From Octopus bimaculoides (lineage: Eukaryota), in NCBI RefSeq assembly GCF_001194135.2, contig NC_068981.1:133894684-133945314 (forward strand): a stretch of DNA of 50,631 nucleotides, given 5' to 3'. Shown one piece after another: positions 25,262 through 36,887 of this stretch. The position numbers and the translations under genes are program-made. The notes under the pieces were generated by a model that was not told the origin of the DNA, ran no database searches, and saw only the letters and a list, made by a program, of their open reading frames with translations. The stretch's first letter is position 1. Each line of letters starts with the position of its first letter.

Positions 25262-25940
25262 GCTGGTATCATCATCATCATCATTATCACCATCACCACC
25301 ATCATCGTCATCATCAGCTTACATCCATTTTTCCATCCTTAAAATAGCCTGGACAAGTCTTTTTCTGCCACCATATCCACTGTAGTCTTTGTCATCCCAA
25401 TCATGAAATTCAGCCACTTGAGATCAGCTTTTACCACTTCTTCCCATACTTACCCATTCGACAGGTTCCTTTCATTTGGCACTTCTTTACCCAATTGTCA
25501 TCTTGGGTATACATCACATGTCAATCTCAGTTCAGTCTTCTCCCTTTTACACACAACATTTTATTTCTCTTACACCCAGTTTTCTTTTTTCTATTTTCTT
25601 TTTTTTTTTTTTTTTTTTTTTTTGTCACAGCTCATGTGTGCTCCGTTATTCATGTGCTAACATAACACATTCATTGGAGCATGCTTACCTCATTTCTTTG
25701 TTTGCAAACATCATACATCCGCTGCATGAATCAAATAACTAAGTTCCTCTTCCATGCAACATTGCACTTCATACACAAGCATACAATTCTCCCTTCACTC
25801 AGAGAAAGAATCCTTTTGTTGTCAACAAAGGTAATAGCTTCCTGAACTTCTTCCATCTTGTCCCTACACAGGTTGCTATGCTTTCAGAATCCCTACTACC
25901 ACTGCTAATTAGTCACCTGAGAAACAGAAGCTATCAACTA
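25262..25940 (-). mobile_element. RTE-clade LINE, degenerate 3' fragment with (GAT)n tail
   Basis: rc gives broken RTE C-terminal motifs (VDSFC...GD.ISSG, WKKFRKLLPLL.TKG, KG.LY..V.S.MLHG, KLGVR) followed by GGATGGAAAAATGGATGTAAGC(TGA)n. Confidence 0.82.
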
Positions 25941-27275
25941 ATTTAAGGAAACCTTTGAAAAAGTTAATTTCAGAAGTGCTTTTCTAACTACTCCTTTATA
26001 GTATTTTATTCAAATACCTTAAACCCTTTAGCATTTAGAACCAGCCACATCCAATCCGATATTCTACCTGTTTTATGTTCAAACTAACCAGATCCTGCCT
26101 CTCACACCTACCCTACATTATCATTCTAAAAATAAGCAGTCACATCATTGAAACCTTAAAGTTATGAGATAATGCATGTTGGGCCTATTGCTCCTTACAA
26201 AATCACACACATGCATGTGTGTGTGTTCACACACTACACACATATATATGTTCATGAATGTGTATCATCATCATCCAAAGGTGCCATCAATATCATTGTT
26301 TTTGAGTCCATTTTTCTATAGTGTCATGTTGGGTTGACAGTAGCTGAGTCAGTTCTTTTTTGAGTTAAGCTCTCCTAGACAGATCAGAGGATACATCTCC
26401 AATTTGGCATGTTTTTCCACATTTCGATGCTCTTTCTAATACCAGCCGCATTACAGAGTGTATTGGTGTATTTTTGTCATGGCAGTAGCACTAGAGAGGT
26501 TGTCATGCCCCTAACAAGGCTAAACAGTTATCTCTACTCGGTTCTTCAGCCACTTTACAGAGTGTACTGAGTGGAGTTCATTTTATTGTGACAACAGTAC
26601 TTGTGGAACTGAAGAGACTGTACAACTCTGATGGGGAAAATAGGAAAGGGAGTAATGACTTTAAGCAAGATATTGAGAAAAGGTGAAGTATGATAGGAAT
26701 AACAGTTCTGTGGTGGTGGTGGCGCTGGTGGCAGTGGACAGTGTAACAAAAGAGAAAGTGTTGAGAGTAGTAATTTTCTTTTAACATTTTTGTCCCAAAC
26801 AACACTCAAGCTCTCTGTAGCATAAGGGACCACAAAGAAGGGGGCCAACAAATTCAAAAGAAAGCTTAAAGGATTGAATATCATAGAGCAGAGGAAAACG
26901 AGACAATGTTAGTGAGTTCTAGAGAGCAACAGTTCAAGGAAAAATGCTATTAGAATATAGAGGACTTATGAATTATTGGAACTTCAATAGAAAAATGGTA
27001 TGCCTGAAAAGAGAAGTGGGTGACATTTAAACCGGCCAAAAGTATTCTGCCTATTCTATGTTCAAACTGGCCAGATCTGGTCTCTCACACCAACCCTACA
27101 ATATCGTTTTAAAGATTAACAGCTACCTCATCAAAATCTCATAGCTACGAGTTAATGCATGATTAGTTCAAAACAATGTGGATAAAAAAGCATTAATTAT
27201 GGCAGAATAATGTGAACACTAAAGGGTTAAAGGTCTTGACAGCGAGTACTAGATCAGAAAGTTCATCAGAGCAAT

Positions 27276-27437
27276 CATCATCATCATCATCGTTTAACGT
27301 CCGCTTTCCATGCTAGCATGGGTTGGACGATTTGACTGAGGACTGGTGAAACCGGATGGCTACACCAGGCTCCAATCTGATTTGGCAGAGTTTCTACAGC
27401 TGGATGCCCTTCCTAATGCCAACCACTCTGAGAGTAT
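27276..27437 (-). mobile_element. SINE family B, young short copy
   Basis: Near-identical to 32930-33089; flanked by AGCAAT direct repeats (27270-27275 and 27438-27443). Confidence 0.9.
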
Positions 27438-27479
27438 AGCAATGACCATGGAAATACTTATTGAAAAGGCATAACAAAG

Positions 27480-28085
27480 CTGCATTTCAATGATGAACCA
27501 AAAACTTCAATCTAGGAGAAAGAAGAGAACCCACTGTGTTAACATGATTTTGAATTTGATCAAGTGATTTAAGACTCAAAGAAGGTGCCAACTCAAAGAT
27601 GACAGCAGCATTCAATACAAGGTCAAATGGTGGCCTTATAGAGATACATCATACTCTCAAGCATAAGAAATTTGCAAGCATGGAGGAGAGATCCAACCTT
27701 TTTGGAAGCTGACATAGTGATTGACCAAGCAAATTTATTCCAAAAGAAACCCCTAGTCAAAGTCAAGAGGTCAGATATTGAAACTTTCTGGTAGGTCAAC
27801 CCTGCTAGCAATCGGAGAAAGAAATGGCTACCTATGATGATTAATTGACATACACTTTGTCTTGCCTGCATTAAAATTCATCAGCTAGTCATTATCCCTC
27901 TCCATAATTATGCAAAGATCATTCCCAAGAAAGACAGGTTGATCAAGACTGCTAATTTTATCATGACAAGAGTAAACAGCAGTATCATCAGAATAGATGG
28001 TGAATCTAGAAATATGATCTGAAAGTTCCTTAATGAAAAGGAGGAAAAGAATAGGAGCAAGTACAGAACCTTGAGACACTCCTGC
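27480..28085 (-). mobile_element. CR1/L2-group LINE reverse transcriptase fragment, degenerate
   Basis: SQGSVLAPILFLLFIKEL...IYSDDTAVY (PQGSVLGP and YADD motifs) and KVGSL...YLYKATI. Confidence 0.82.
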
Positions 28086-28202
28086 ATTGATAGCATATGA
28101 CTTTGCTTGCTGACGATCATGTTGTTGTTTAGCCCCAGTTTAGCCCTGACTGAGCAGACTTATGATCAAAAGCATTCCACTTGTAACCATTTTTAAAAAA
28201 TT

Positions 28203-28402
28203 CTTTTACTTGTTTCAGTCATTTGGCTGTGGCCATGCTGGAGTACCGCCTTTAGTCGAACGAATCGACCCCAGGACTTATTCTTTCTAAGCCTAGTACT
28301 TATTCTATCGGTCTCTTTTGCCGAACCGCTAAGTTACGGGGACGTAAACACACCAGCATCAGTTGTCAAGCAATGGTGGGGGGGACAAACGCTTACATAC
28401 AC
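28203..28402 (-). mobile_element. SINE family A 3' half, young (runs into gap)
   Basis: Near-identical to 18922-19190. Confidence 0.92.
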
Positions 28403-29274
28403 NNNNNNNNNNNNNNNNNNNNNNNNNNNNNNNNNNNNNNNNNNNNNNNNNNNNNNNNNNNNNNNNNNNNNNNNNNNNNNNNNNNNNNNNNNNNNNNNNN
28501 NNNNNNNNNNNNNNNNNNNNNNNNNNNNNNNNNNNNNNNNNNNNNNNNNNNNNNNNNNNNNNNNNNNNNNNNNNNNNNNNNNNNNNNNNNNNNNNNNNNN
28601 NNNNNNNNNNNNNNNNNNNNNNNNNNNNNNNNNNNNNNNNNNNNNNNNNNNNNNNNNNNNNNNNNNNNNNNNNNNNNNNNNNNNNNNNNNNNNNNNNNNN
28701 NNNNNNNNNNNNNNNNNNNNNNNNNNNNNNNNNNNNNNNNNNNNNNNNNNNNNNNNNNNNNNNNNNNNNNNNNNNNNNNNNNNNNNNNNNNNNNNNNNNN
28801 NNNNNNNNNNNNNNNNNNNNNNNNNNNNNNNNNNNNNNNNNNNNNNNNNNNNNNNNNNNNNNNNNNNNNNNNNNNNNNNNNNNNNNNNNNNNNNNNNNNN
28901 NNNNNNNNNNNNNNNNNNNNNNNNNNNNNNNNNNNNNNNNNNNNNNNNNNNNNNNNNNNNNNNNNNNNNNNNNNNNNNNNNNNNNNNNNNNNNNNNNNNN
29001 NNNNNNNNNNNNNNNNNNNNNNNNNNNNNNNNNNNNNNNNNNNNNNNNNNNNNNNNNNNNNNNNNNNNNNNNNNNNNNNNNNNNNNNNNNNNNNNNNNNN
29101 NNNNNNNNNNNNNNNNNNNNNNNNNNNNNNNNNNNNNNNNNNNNNNNNNNNNNNNNNNNNNNNNNNNNNNNNNNNNNNNNNNNNNNNNNNNNNNNNNNNN
29201 NNNNNNNNNNNNNNNNNNNNNNNNNNNNNNNNNNNTACTAGCCCGCGCTCATAACCACTATGCCATATGCCCAT

Positions 29275-29345
29275 GGGCATATGGCGTAGTGGTTAAGAAC
29301 ATGTGCTACTAACCCCAAGATTCCGAGTTCAATTCCAGGCAGTGA

Positions 29346-29387
<42 letters not shown>

Positions 29388-29575
29388 CATCGGAAAATTC
29401 CTTAGGAATGAGAACCTAGGTTCGAAATTTCCCCCAAGACACCTGATGAAGGCTGGAGGGTACATCAGCTGAAAAATTGTGTTAACAACTAACAAGATGA
29501 GGACAAATATCCATCAAATGTAAATAATGTACATAATTCCTCATCTCTTAAATATAGAACTGTAATATATATATA
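29275..29575 (+). mobile_element. tRNA-headed element with (AAT)n tract and a Penelope-like 3' module; preceded by an inverted second head (29236-29272)
   Basis: A-box TGGCGTAGTGG, B-box GAGTTCAATTCC, (AAT)n, then a CTGATGA...GAAA hammerhead-like core. Confidence 0.7.
29438..29483 (+). ncRNA. Degenerate minimal type-I hammerhead ribozyme motif
   Basis: Stem I GACAC/GTGTT; CTGATGA at 29443-29449; stem II GGCTG/CAGCT; GAAA at 29471-29474; stem III region AATT is imperfect. Confidence 0.55.
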
Positions 29576-30445
29576 TATATTATGTATATAATTTCATATT
29601 GGGGTGGTCTTGACTTGTTAGTCATCGTTTTAATGAATTAACTTATTATTTCTAACATACATTTCTCATTAAAAAAAATATTTTAAATATTTTTTTTTAG
29701 TTACACTTCTCTTCCTTAATTGAAGCATAGTTTTACATTCTTTATTAACCTATAGTTATTTTCCATCACTAGAACAATATCTGAATTGTGTTAGCAAAAT
29801 AGGTTATTAAAATTTTCATTTACTTAATTTGTAAATTACTGACTACAGTTGAATGAAAGAAACTAGTAGAAAAATAAAAAAGAAATATTTATTTGAAGTT
29901 TAGCTAAAGTAAGTACACATATAATAATGTTTGAAAATTTACATATGAACTATACTTGCACTTTAATTAGTATTTGATATCGATTTATAGATTGATTAAT
30001 TTATATATTCATTTCATTCTTTCTTTTTACCTTGTCTAGTTTCTGTAATCCTTATTTTAATGTCCTCTTCATAGCCATAACAGCATTTTGATTTCTTCAC
30101 AGAAAACTGCAATTGGGAACCGGCCGTCATTGAATAGTCTGTGAAGACCTTTGGTGAACATGTCAGTCTATATATTTGAATATATATATACAGCCTGCTG
30201 TGCTCCCTCTCTTTTTTTCCCTCCCTATCCGCCACTCTTTACTACTCGAAAACTGGTGATGACAGTCCTGCTTCCGGAGACTGGAAGGAGCATACACACA
30301 TATACACACACCTGCAATTTTAGGCAAACTTCCTGTGGACATTGGAGTTTTGTGACTGGCTAGTTGGCTGGTTGTCACTCTGTACCCTTAATGTCTTCCC
30401 TTTTCTCACTCTGTACACATTTACATAAATGTACACACACATACA

Positions 30446-30446
<1 letters not shown>

Positions 30447-30511
<65 letters not shown>
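30447..30511. repeat. (AT)n microsatellite
   Basis: Directly visible. Confidence 0.95.
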
Positions 30512-30515
<4 letters not shown>

Positions 30516-31477
30516 CCTCCCCAGCTCTCCATTCTGTGAATTAACCCTAGCTGCTGATTTTAACACCCAAAACCATTTTTATACTGTGACATTTGCTTGA
30601 CTTCTTTTGCAAAAATGTTCGTCTTTGTTAATTATTATTTGCAAGGCATGAATGTCACTCGGTCTCATTCCTCCCCGACTCTCCTTTATCCAAAGCATTT
30701 TCTACACAAGTAAGAAATTATTTATGATCAAACACATGCTCTCTCTTTGTTGCACACACATATGAAATATCTCTCACATATGAAATATCTCTCACATACA
30801 CGCACATACAATCTCTCATGCATTCACACACATATACAAGCTCTCTTACATACATACACACACACATATACAATCTCCCTTACACACACATATACAATCT
30901 CATATACATAAACATGCAATCTCTGTCATATACACATATATACTATTTCTCTAACATACACATACACATACATACATTCACTATCCCTTTTGTAGTTACA
31001 AATACACACATAAATCCTTTGTGTCTACATACTAAACACACAGGTAACAAATCAAAATTTCTACTGTTATATACACAGTTGTAAAAGACAATTTCTGCTA
31101 ATTTTGTTCCTGCTTCTTTTCCTCTTACTTGTGTTCATATTTTGATTCAGTTTTGGTTTACAGAGTGGGAGAGAAATAGCTTAGATTTTTTTTCGTTTTA
31201 TTTAGAATCGCAGTTAATGGGATGAAATTTTAACCTTTTATTGTTTACATTCTGTTTTTAAGATTTAAGTCAGAGGAAAATCTCAAATTCTTATAGGGCT
31301 GGAGATTCTTAACTGTTTGTGGGGTAGGGGAAAGAGTTACCATGGAGCTTCTTTGATTTACTGAATATTTTCATAAACCACCACTTGAGCATAGAAATCA
31401 ATGAACTTACATCCAAAATGAAATGAAACTAATTCAGTTAAACATCAAATTATGCAAACAATTAACAAAACAATTAA

Positions 31478-31711
31478 CCCTTTGCCTATCCAAAGCATTT
31501 TCATAAGTTTGTTCTAAATGTCCATGCTTGATTTCAGACTTTTAGTTAGCCCTTATTTCACACATTCTAAGTAATATAAAGCTTTCCTTTCATAAATCCT
31601 GAGTTATTCTGGTGGTTTAAAAGAAGTTGGGGATGTGTATCATATACGATGCATGGATTCCAGGGAAATATGTCTTGTGTGTCACACGTGAGATACAGGT
31701 CAGGCAAAGGG
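31478..31711. mobile_element. piggyBac-type MITE family 2
   Basis: TTAA|CCCTTTGCCT...AGGCAAAGGG|TTAA; internal sequence is unlike family 1. Confidence 0.78.
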
Positions 31712-32581
31712 TTAAAATATGCAAATGCGTAAATACATACCGACAAACTCTAATATTTAACACTACTGTAATATGTGGTAGATGGTTTTTGTCAAGGACC
31801 ATTTATGGTCCAGAGGTCACCCCGTTTGGAAGCACTGTTATAGGAAATTGTGAAATGTCCTTTATTTATTAGTTGCTGAGAGATGTTAGATATTAAATGA
31901 TTTTGATAGGAAGTTGCCTAAAGAAGCTGGTGGGAAAAGCTCTTCAGGAGATTTTAGGCAAGCCATTTTTGGATGATTCTTATTATGCAGGATCATATTT
32001 TTTTTTTTTTTTTAATGATATTCATCCTTTTCATTAATATTAATTTATTTTCGTGCTAAGGTTATTTTAAATAATACATTTATTTGTATACATTAAATGT
32101 AAATGTTGACATAGATACAATTTAAACAGAAAATGGTAGGGACAAGTTGAACATCAAGTGGAACCTTGTTTTGTTTGAAGTTCTTTGTTGTTTTGGGTTG
32201 TTTTTTTAAGTGAGGTGCAGTAACACAATATCTATCTATATCCATGTTTACATTTAGTAATCTACAAATTAGATTATTCATTTTTATTGAAATGATGTTG
32301 GATTATTTAACCATTTCACATTACCCTCTCCTAACACAAAACATTTGTTCCCCAAACTACCTTCTCCTCTCCTAGTTCCAGTTATATGGTAAATAGTGAG
32401 GAAAAAATTATCATGGCAGATACAAAAAATAATAATGAATTTATTAATAGTAATAAATTGTATTGTTTTACAACATGTTTTTTTTTGTATTTTTATGAAA
32501 TAAAATTTGTAAAAGATTATGAAATGCATAGTATAATCCACGGTGCATTTTACATTATATATATATATATATAGTTGTGTG

Positions 32582-32746
32582 CAAGCATATTTAACCTGTT
32601 TGTGTATATTCAGATGTGGAAAGACAATACCCTGCACAAGTTGTTTCAAGATATTGCCTATAAGAAGAATTTCTTCTCTCAAGACATCTTGTGCAGTGTA
32701 TTGTCTTTCTATGTCTGAGTGTATATGAACATGTTAAATATTCCTG
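32582..32746 (+). other. 70-bp-arm inverted repeat with 25-nt loop (long RNA-hairpin candidate)
   Basis: Arms 32582-32651 and 32677-32746; hand pairing gives 54 Watson-Crick, 9 G.U and 7 true mismatches. Confidence 0.85.
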
Positions 32747-32929
32747 TACATAACTATACTTCATTCAAGACTGCTTAGTGCACAACTTATAAATATATAA
32801 GTACATACATACATATGTTTGTATGTATGTATGTATGTATGTATGCATGTGTGTATGTATTTGTGAATATCTCTATATGTATGTATATATATATATATAT
32901 GACATCAAGCAAGGTGAAAGTGTTGTAAT

Positions 32930-33089
32930 CATCATCATCATCGTTTAACGTCCGCTTTCCATGCTAGCATGGGTTGGACGATTTGACTGAGGACTGGTGA
33001 AACCGGATGGCAACACCAGGCTCCAATCTAATTTGGCAGAGTTTCTACAGCTGGATGCCCTTCCTAACGCCAACCACTCAGAGAGTGTA
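32930..33089 (-). mobile_element. SINE family B, young short copy
   Basis: Near-identical to 27276-27437; GTAAT direct repeats at 32925-32929 and 33090-33094. Confidence 0.9.
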
Positions 33090-33334
33090 GTAATGGCTAC
33101 CTAAAAATTTTAAACATACACGTTGCTATCTTCAATATTCTTTTTTTATTTTATTTTGTGTTAATAGGTAGCAGAATTCATTCCACCTCTCTGCGTTCAA
33201 ATTCCACCAAGGTCATCTTTGCTGATAATTTTTTTCAGGACTGATAAACAATGTACCAGTCCAAGGCAGCTGATTGGCGGACTTGTTAATATTATTAAAG
33301 CAAAATATCTTCCAATATCTGTTCCAGTTAATGT

Positions 33335-33540
33335 GTCAAACTGACAGAGTCGTTAGCATGCCAGACAAAATACTTAGCAGCATTTTGCTCATCTTTACAT
33401 TCTGAGTTCAAATACCACTGAGGTTGGCTTTGCCTTTCTTCCTTTTGGGGTCAGTAAAATAAGTACCAGTTGAGTGTTGCAGTTGATGTAATCAACTTAC
33501 CCTCTCTCCTGAAATTACTTGTACCAAAATTTGAAACCAA
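33335..33540 (+). mobile_element. SINE family C
   Basis: Head GAGTCGTTAGCATGCCAGAC...GAGTTCAAATACC; core GCCTTTCTTCCTTTTGGGGTCAGTAAAATAAGTACCAG. Confidence 0.82.
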
Positions 33541-34324
33541 TATGTGTTTCAGTTCTTTGCATTCTGAGTTTAGATTCTGTCAATAGCCATGGCTGGCCAA
33601 CTGACCACAGGAGTGCACCTACTCCACCCTCTACCTCCTTCACACACACAAACACAAAACTTGTAATTGGCCCATCTGGATAATTTAGGGCCTCTGTCAG
33701 TCAATGTTGACCACATGTCTATACATATATCTGCACAGCCTAGTGTAAGATTTTTTTCTTTAGGAAGAGTAGCGGTTACCCATACATGCATGTCTCTCCT
33801 CTCCATGTCTCCAATATCTATCAAAAGGAAAGACCACCAACTTGGGCTGATACAACTTAACATTGGTGTCATCACAAGAATTGGTATCAGAATACAAAGA
33901 ACCAGGACAGATACTGCAAGGCATCTCATCCAGCCCTTTAGCAGTTCTACTAGTCCATTACCCTAGATTAGTACATTTTTATCAGCCCTGAAAGGATAAA
34001 AAATAAAGATGAATTTGACAGGATTTGAACTCAGAATGCACAGAATCAGAGGAAACACTGCAAGACATTCTATCCCACACTTTAATGTCTCTACCATTTC
34101 ACTGCCTTAGTGTCCATAATTATGCTTATAGCCAGCATAAGTTCAACCAGCAACTACAAGCTGAGGTTTCTTTGTCAGTGGATCAACCACAGTTGAATGG
34201 AGTGGAATTATTTTGCAGTGTAAACTATCTAACAGTTTCTTTGTACATCATTGATTTTATGCTTGACACAATTCCACTGCAGCTTTGACACTGTGTAACC
34301 ATAACACTGTCTCAAAATCAAACA

Positions 34325-34548
34325 AAAATGAATATCTGTGTGTGTGTGTGTCTGTGTTAGTTCTCCTCCCCACCATCACTTGACAACCGATATTGGTGTG
34401 TTTACGTCCCCGTAACTTAGTGGTTTGGCAAAAATGACCGACATAATAAGTACTTGGCTTACAAATAATAAGTACTGGGGTCGATTTATTCAATTAAAGG
34501 TGGTACTCCAGCATGGCCACAGTCAAATGACTGAAACAAGTAAAAGAA
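34325..34548 (+). mobile_element. SINE family A 3' half
   Basis: Match to family body and tail. Confidence 0.85.
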
Positions 34549-35133
34549 TAATGGCTTGTGTGGTGTGTGTGTGTGTGTTATATCGACTATTATGACTCTT
34601 CCACAAACATAAATGTTTCAGTTTGAATACATGAGCTCATATATAATGTACACACACACATGTATGTATATTTGTGTGTGCGTGTGTGTTAACTCTTTTA
34701 TTTTCAGTTATTGAACTGTGGCCATGATGGGGTACAACCTGTGAAGATTTAGTCCCAATACTTATCTCAGTTTGGTATATACTTTATCAGTCTCTATTTA
34801 TTGAATTACTAAGGTTAAAGAGCCTTAGCATAAACAAAACTATTGTTTAGACAGGGATAAACATAGCTACAAATACACACAAACATGTACACATAACTGC
34901 TTTTGCACAATTTCCCTCAACAAAATAACATTCAAAATTCACAAGTTTGTAGTTTCACCATCATAGTAAATTGTATTATTTTAGTTACTGCTCTATAAAG
35001 AGTAATATAACATTGAACTGTTGTTTATTCTCTTCTGAATACACTGATAACAATATTAATTATTTTAAGATTAGATTGTTCAATACACTAACCTTATTGA
35101 CTGTGTGATTGATCCATGTCAGTCTTGATTTCA

Positions 35134-35541
35134 GGCGTAGGAGTGGCTGTGTGGTAAGTAGCTTACTTACCAACCACATGGTTCCGGGTTCAGTCCCACT
35201 GCATGACACATTGGGCAAGTGTCTTCTACTATAGCCTTGGGCCAACCAAAGCCTTGTGAGTGGATTTGGTAGACAGAAACTGAAAGAAGCCCATTATATA
35301 TATATATATATGTATATGTATGTGTGTGTGTATATGTTTGTGTGTCTCTGTTTGTCCCCCCAACATCGCTTGAAAACCGATGCTGGTGTGTTTACGTCCC
35401 CGTAACTTAGCGGTGCGGCTAAAGAGACCTATAGAATAAGTACTAGGCTTCCAAAGAATAAGTCCTGGGGGTCGATTAGCTCGACTAAAAGGCGGTGCTC
35501 CAGCATGGCCACAGTCAAATGACTGAAACAAGTAAAAGAGT
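35134..35541 (+). mobile_element. SINE family A, full length, young
   Basis: GGCGTAGGAGTGG head to AAAAGAGT tail; ATTTCA direct repeats at 35128-35133 and 35542-35547. Confidence 0.94.
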
Positions 35542-35972
35542 ATTTCAATATCTAGTACATCGTTCACTTAAACGATAAAGGCAATAATACATCTTATCAA
35601 CCCATTGGTTGGCTGTTTCTCAAAATCTGAAGCACAAGTTTTGTACTTGCACACAAGACATAACCGAAGTTCATCTAGCTATGGAAGGGAAATGAGGTGT
35701 GTTTTTTTGTTTTTATTACATAAAATTATCTTCAATACAGTGATGCCTTAGCTTGAGCAAGATATATTTCTCAAAGGTATCTTGATTTCAGAACTGAGTA
35801 TATGAATTCCTGCATTTCATTAAAACATTAACACTAACCTATTTACTAAGATATGGCAGAGATATTAATTCTTAGAACTGAACTAGTATGTGTGTGTGAG
35901 TGAGTGTTTGAAAAACCTGTGATCAGTATGGGCAAGGAATTAATTAAAATATGTAAAGTGACACCAATGAAA

Positions 35973-36235
35973 GAAAACAAAGATGAAAATATTGTGTTAC
36001 TTAACATGATCCTAGAATATTTCAGGAAAAATATCCTTTTTCAAATACAAGAAGTAAAATAACCAAAGTCTGGAGAAATGTGTTGCTGTTAGCAGCAAGC
36101 CATCCTAGTGGTTCACCAATAAGAACACATTTCTCCAGGCTTAGATTATTTTCCTTCTTTTATTTGAAAAGGAGTATTTTTCCCAAAATATTATGGGATC
36201 ATGCAAAGTAATACAATACTTTTATCTTTGCTTTT
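35973..36235. repeat. Decayed foldback/MITE-like inverted repeat (arms ~110 bp, 39-bp spacer)
   Basis: Arms about 35973-36084 and 36124-36235, with a perfect 15-bp core CTGGAGAAATGTGTT/AACACATTTCTCCAG. Confidence 0.8.
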
Positions 36236-36887
36236 GTAAGAGTTGTTTTTCTTGAATTATCATAAGATCAGTAAATAACCTATGTAAGGTAATAAGATAT
36301 CTTTATTTGTATTTTTATTCATGAATATCACCTTACACACTTTGATTGAGTCCCCACCTGCATTGCTCAAATGTTCTGGAAACAACTCATTTACACACTG
36401 CAATTCTTCAATCAAATTACAGTGCATTTTTAGAGGAGGAAAGACGAAGAAATAAAAGGAACAGTCAAGGTAAAAATCACTAAATGGAACTTGTCTACAT
36501 CTGACACACACACGTTATAAATGTTCTTAGTTTTATCAAAGAATAGCATGACCAATTTGAAAAGATCTAATAAGGCATTGCTATTCTCAGACAAATTTTA
36601 AAACATATACGAGATAGAGCATGGCTTCTATAACCAGTATTTAAATAGCATTATTACCTAAAAGGTAAAATATGGTGAAGCCCTGGGCTTGCAGCTACAT
36701 AAGTACTGATGGCAAATCTATAGTTTAAGCTTTGATATAGACTACAGTTGAGAAACACTTGCCAAACACAACTCTTTCATCACAATTAAGGACCATAGAA
36801 ATAATTGTACAGCCAACCCTGGCTGTTAATAAACCCTGCCAAATCAAAGTTAGGTCTCATCAGTAAGAAAATACCAAGAAGCATTAG

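Noticed and set aside
30014-30400. Possible first exon or promoter (CTTCCGG motif; minus-strand CAAG|GTAAAA donor; plus-strand CACAG acceptor)
   Set aside because: Plus-strand frames stop quickly, the minus-strand peptide has no recognisable homology, and no supported exon chain was found.
33570-33966. 119-aa and 99-aa ORFs
   Set aside because: The start overlaps a decayed SINE-C-like head, and there are no motifs or splice support.
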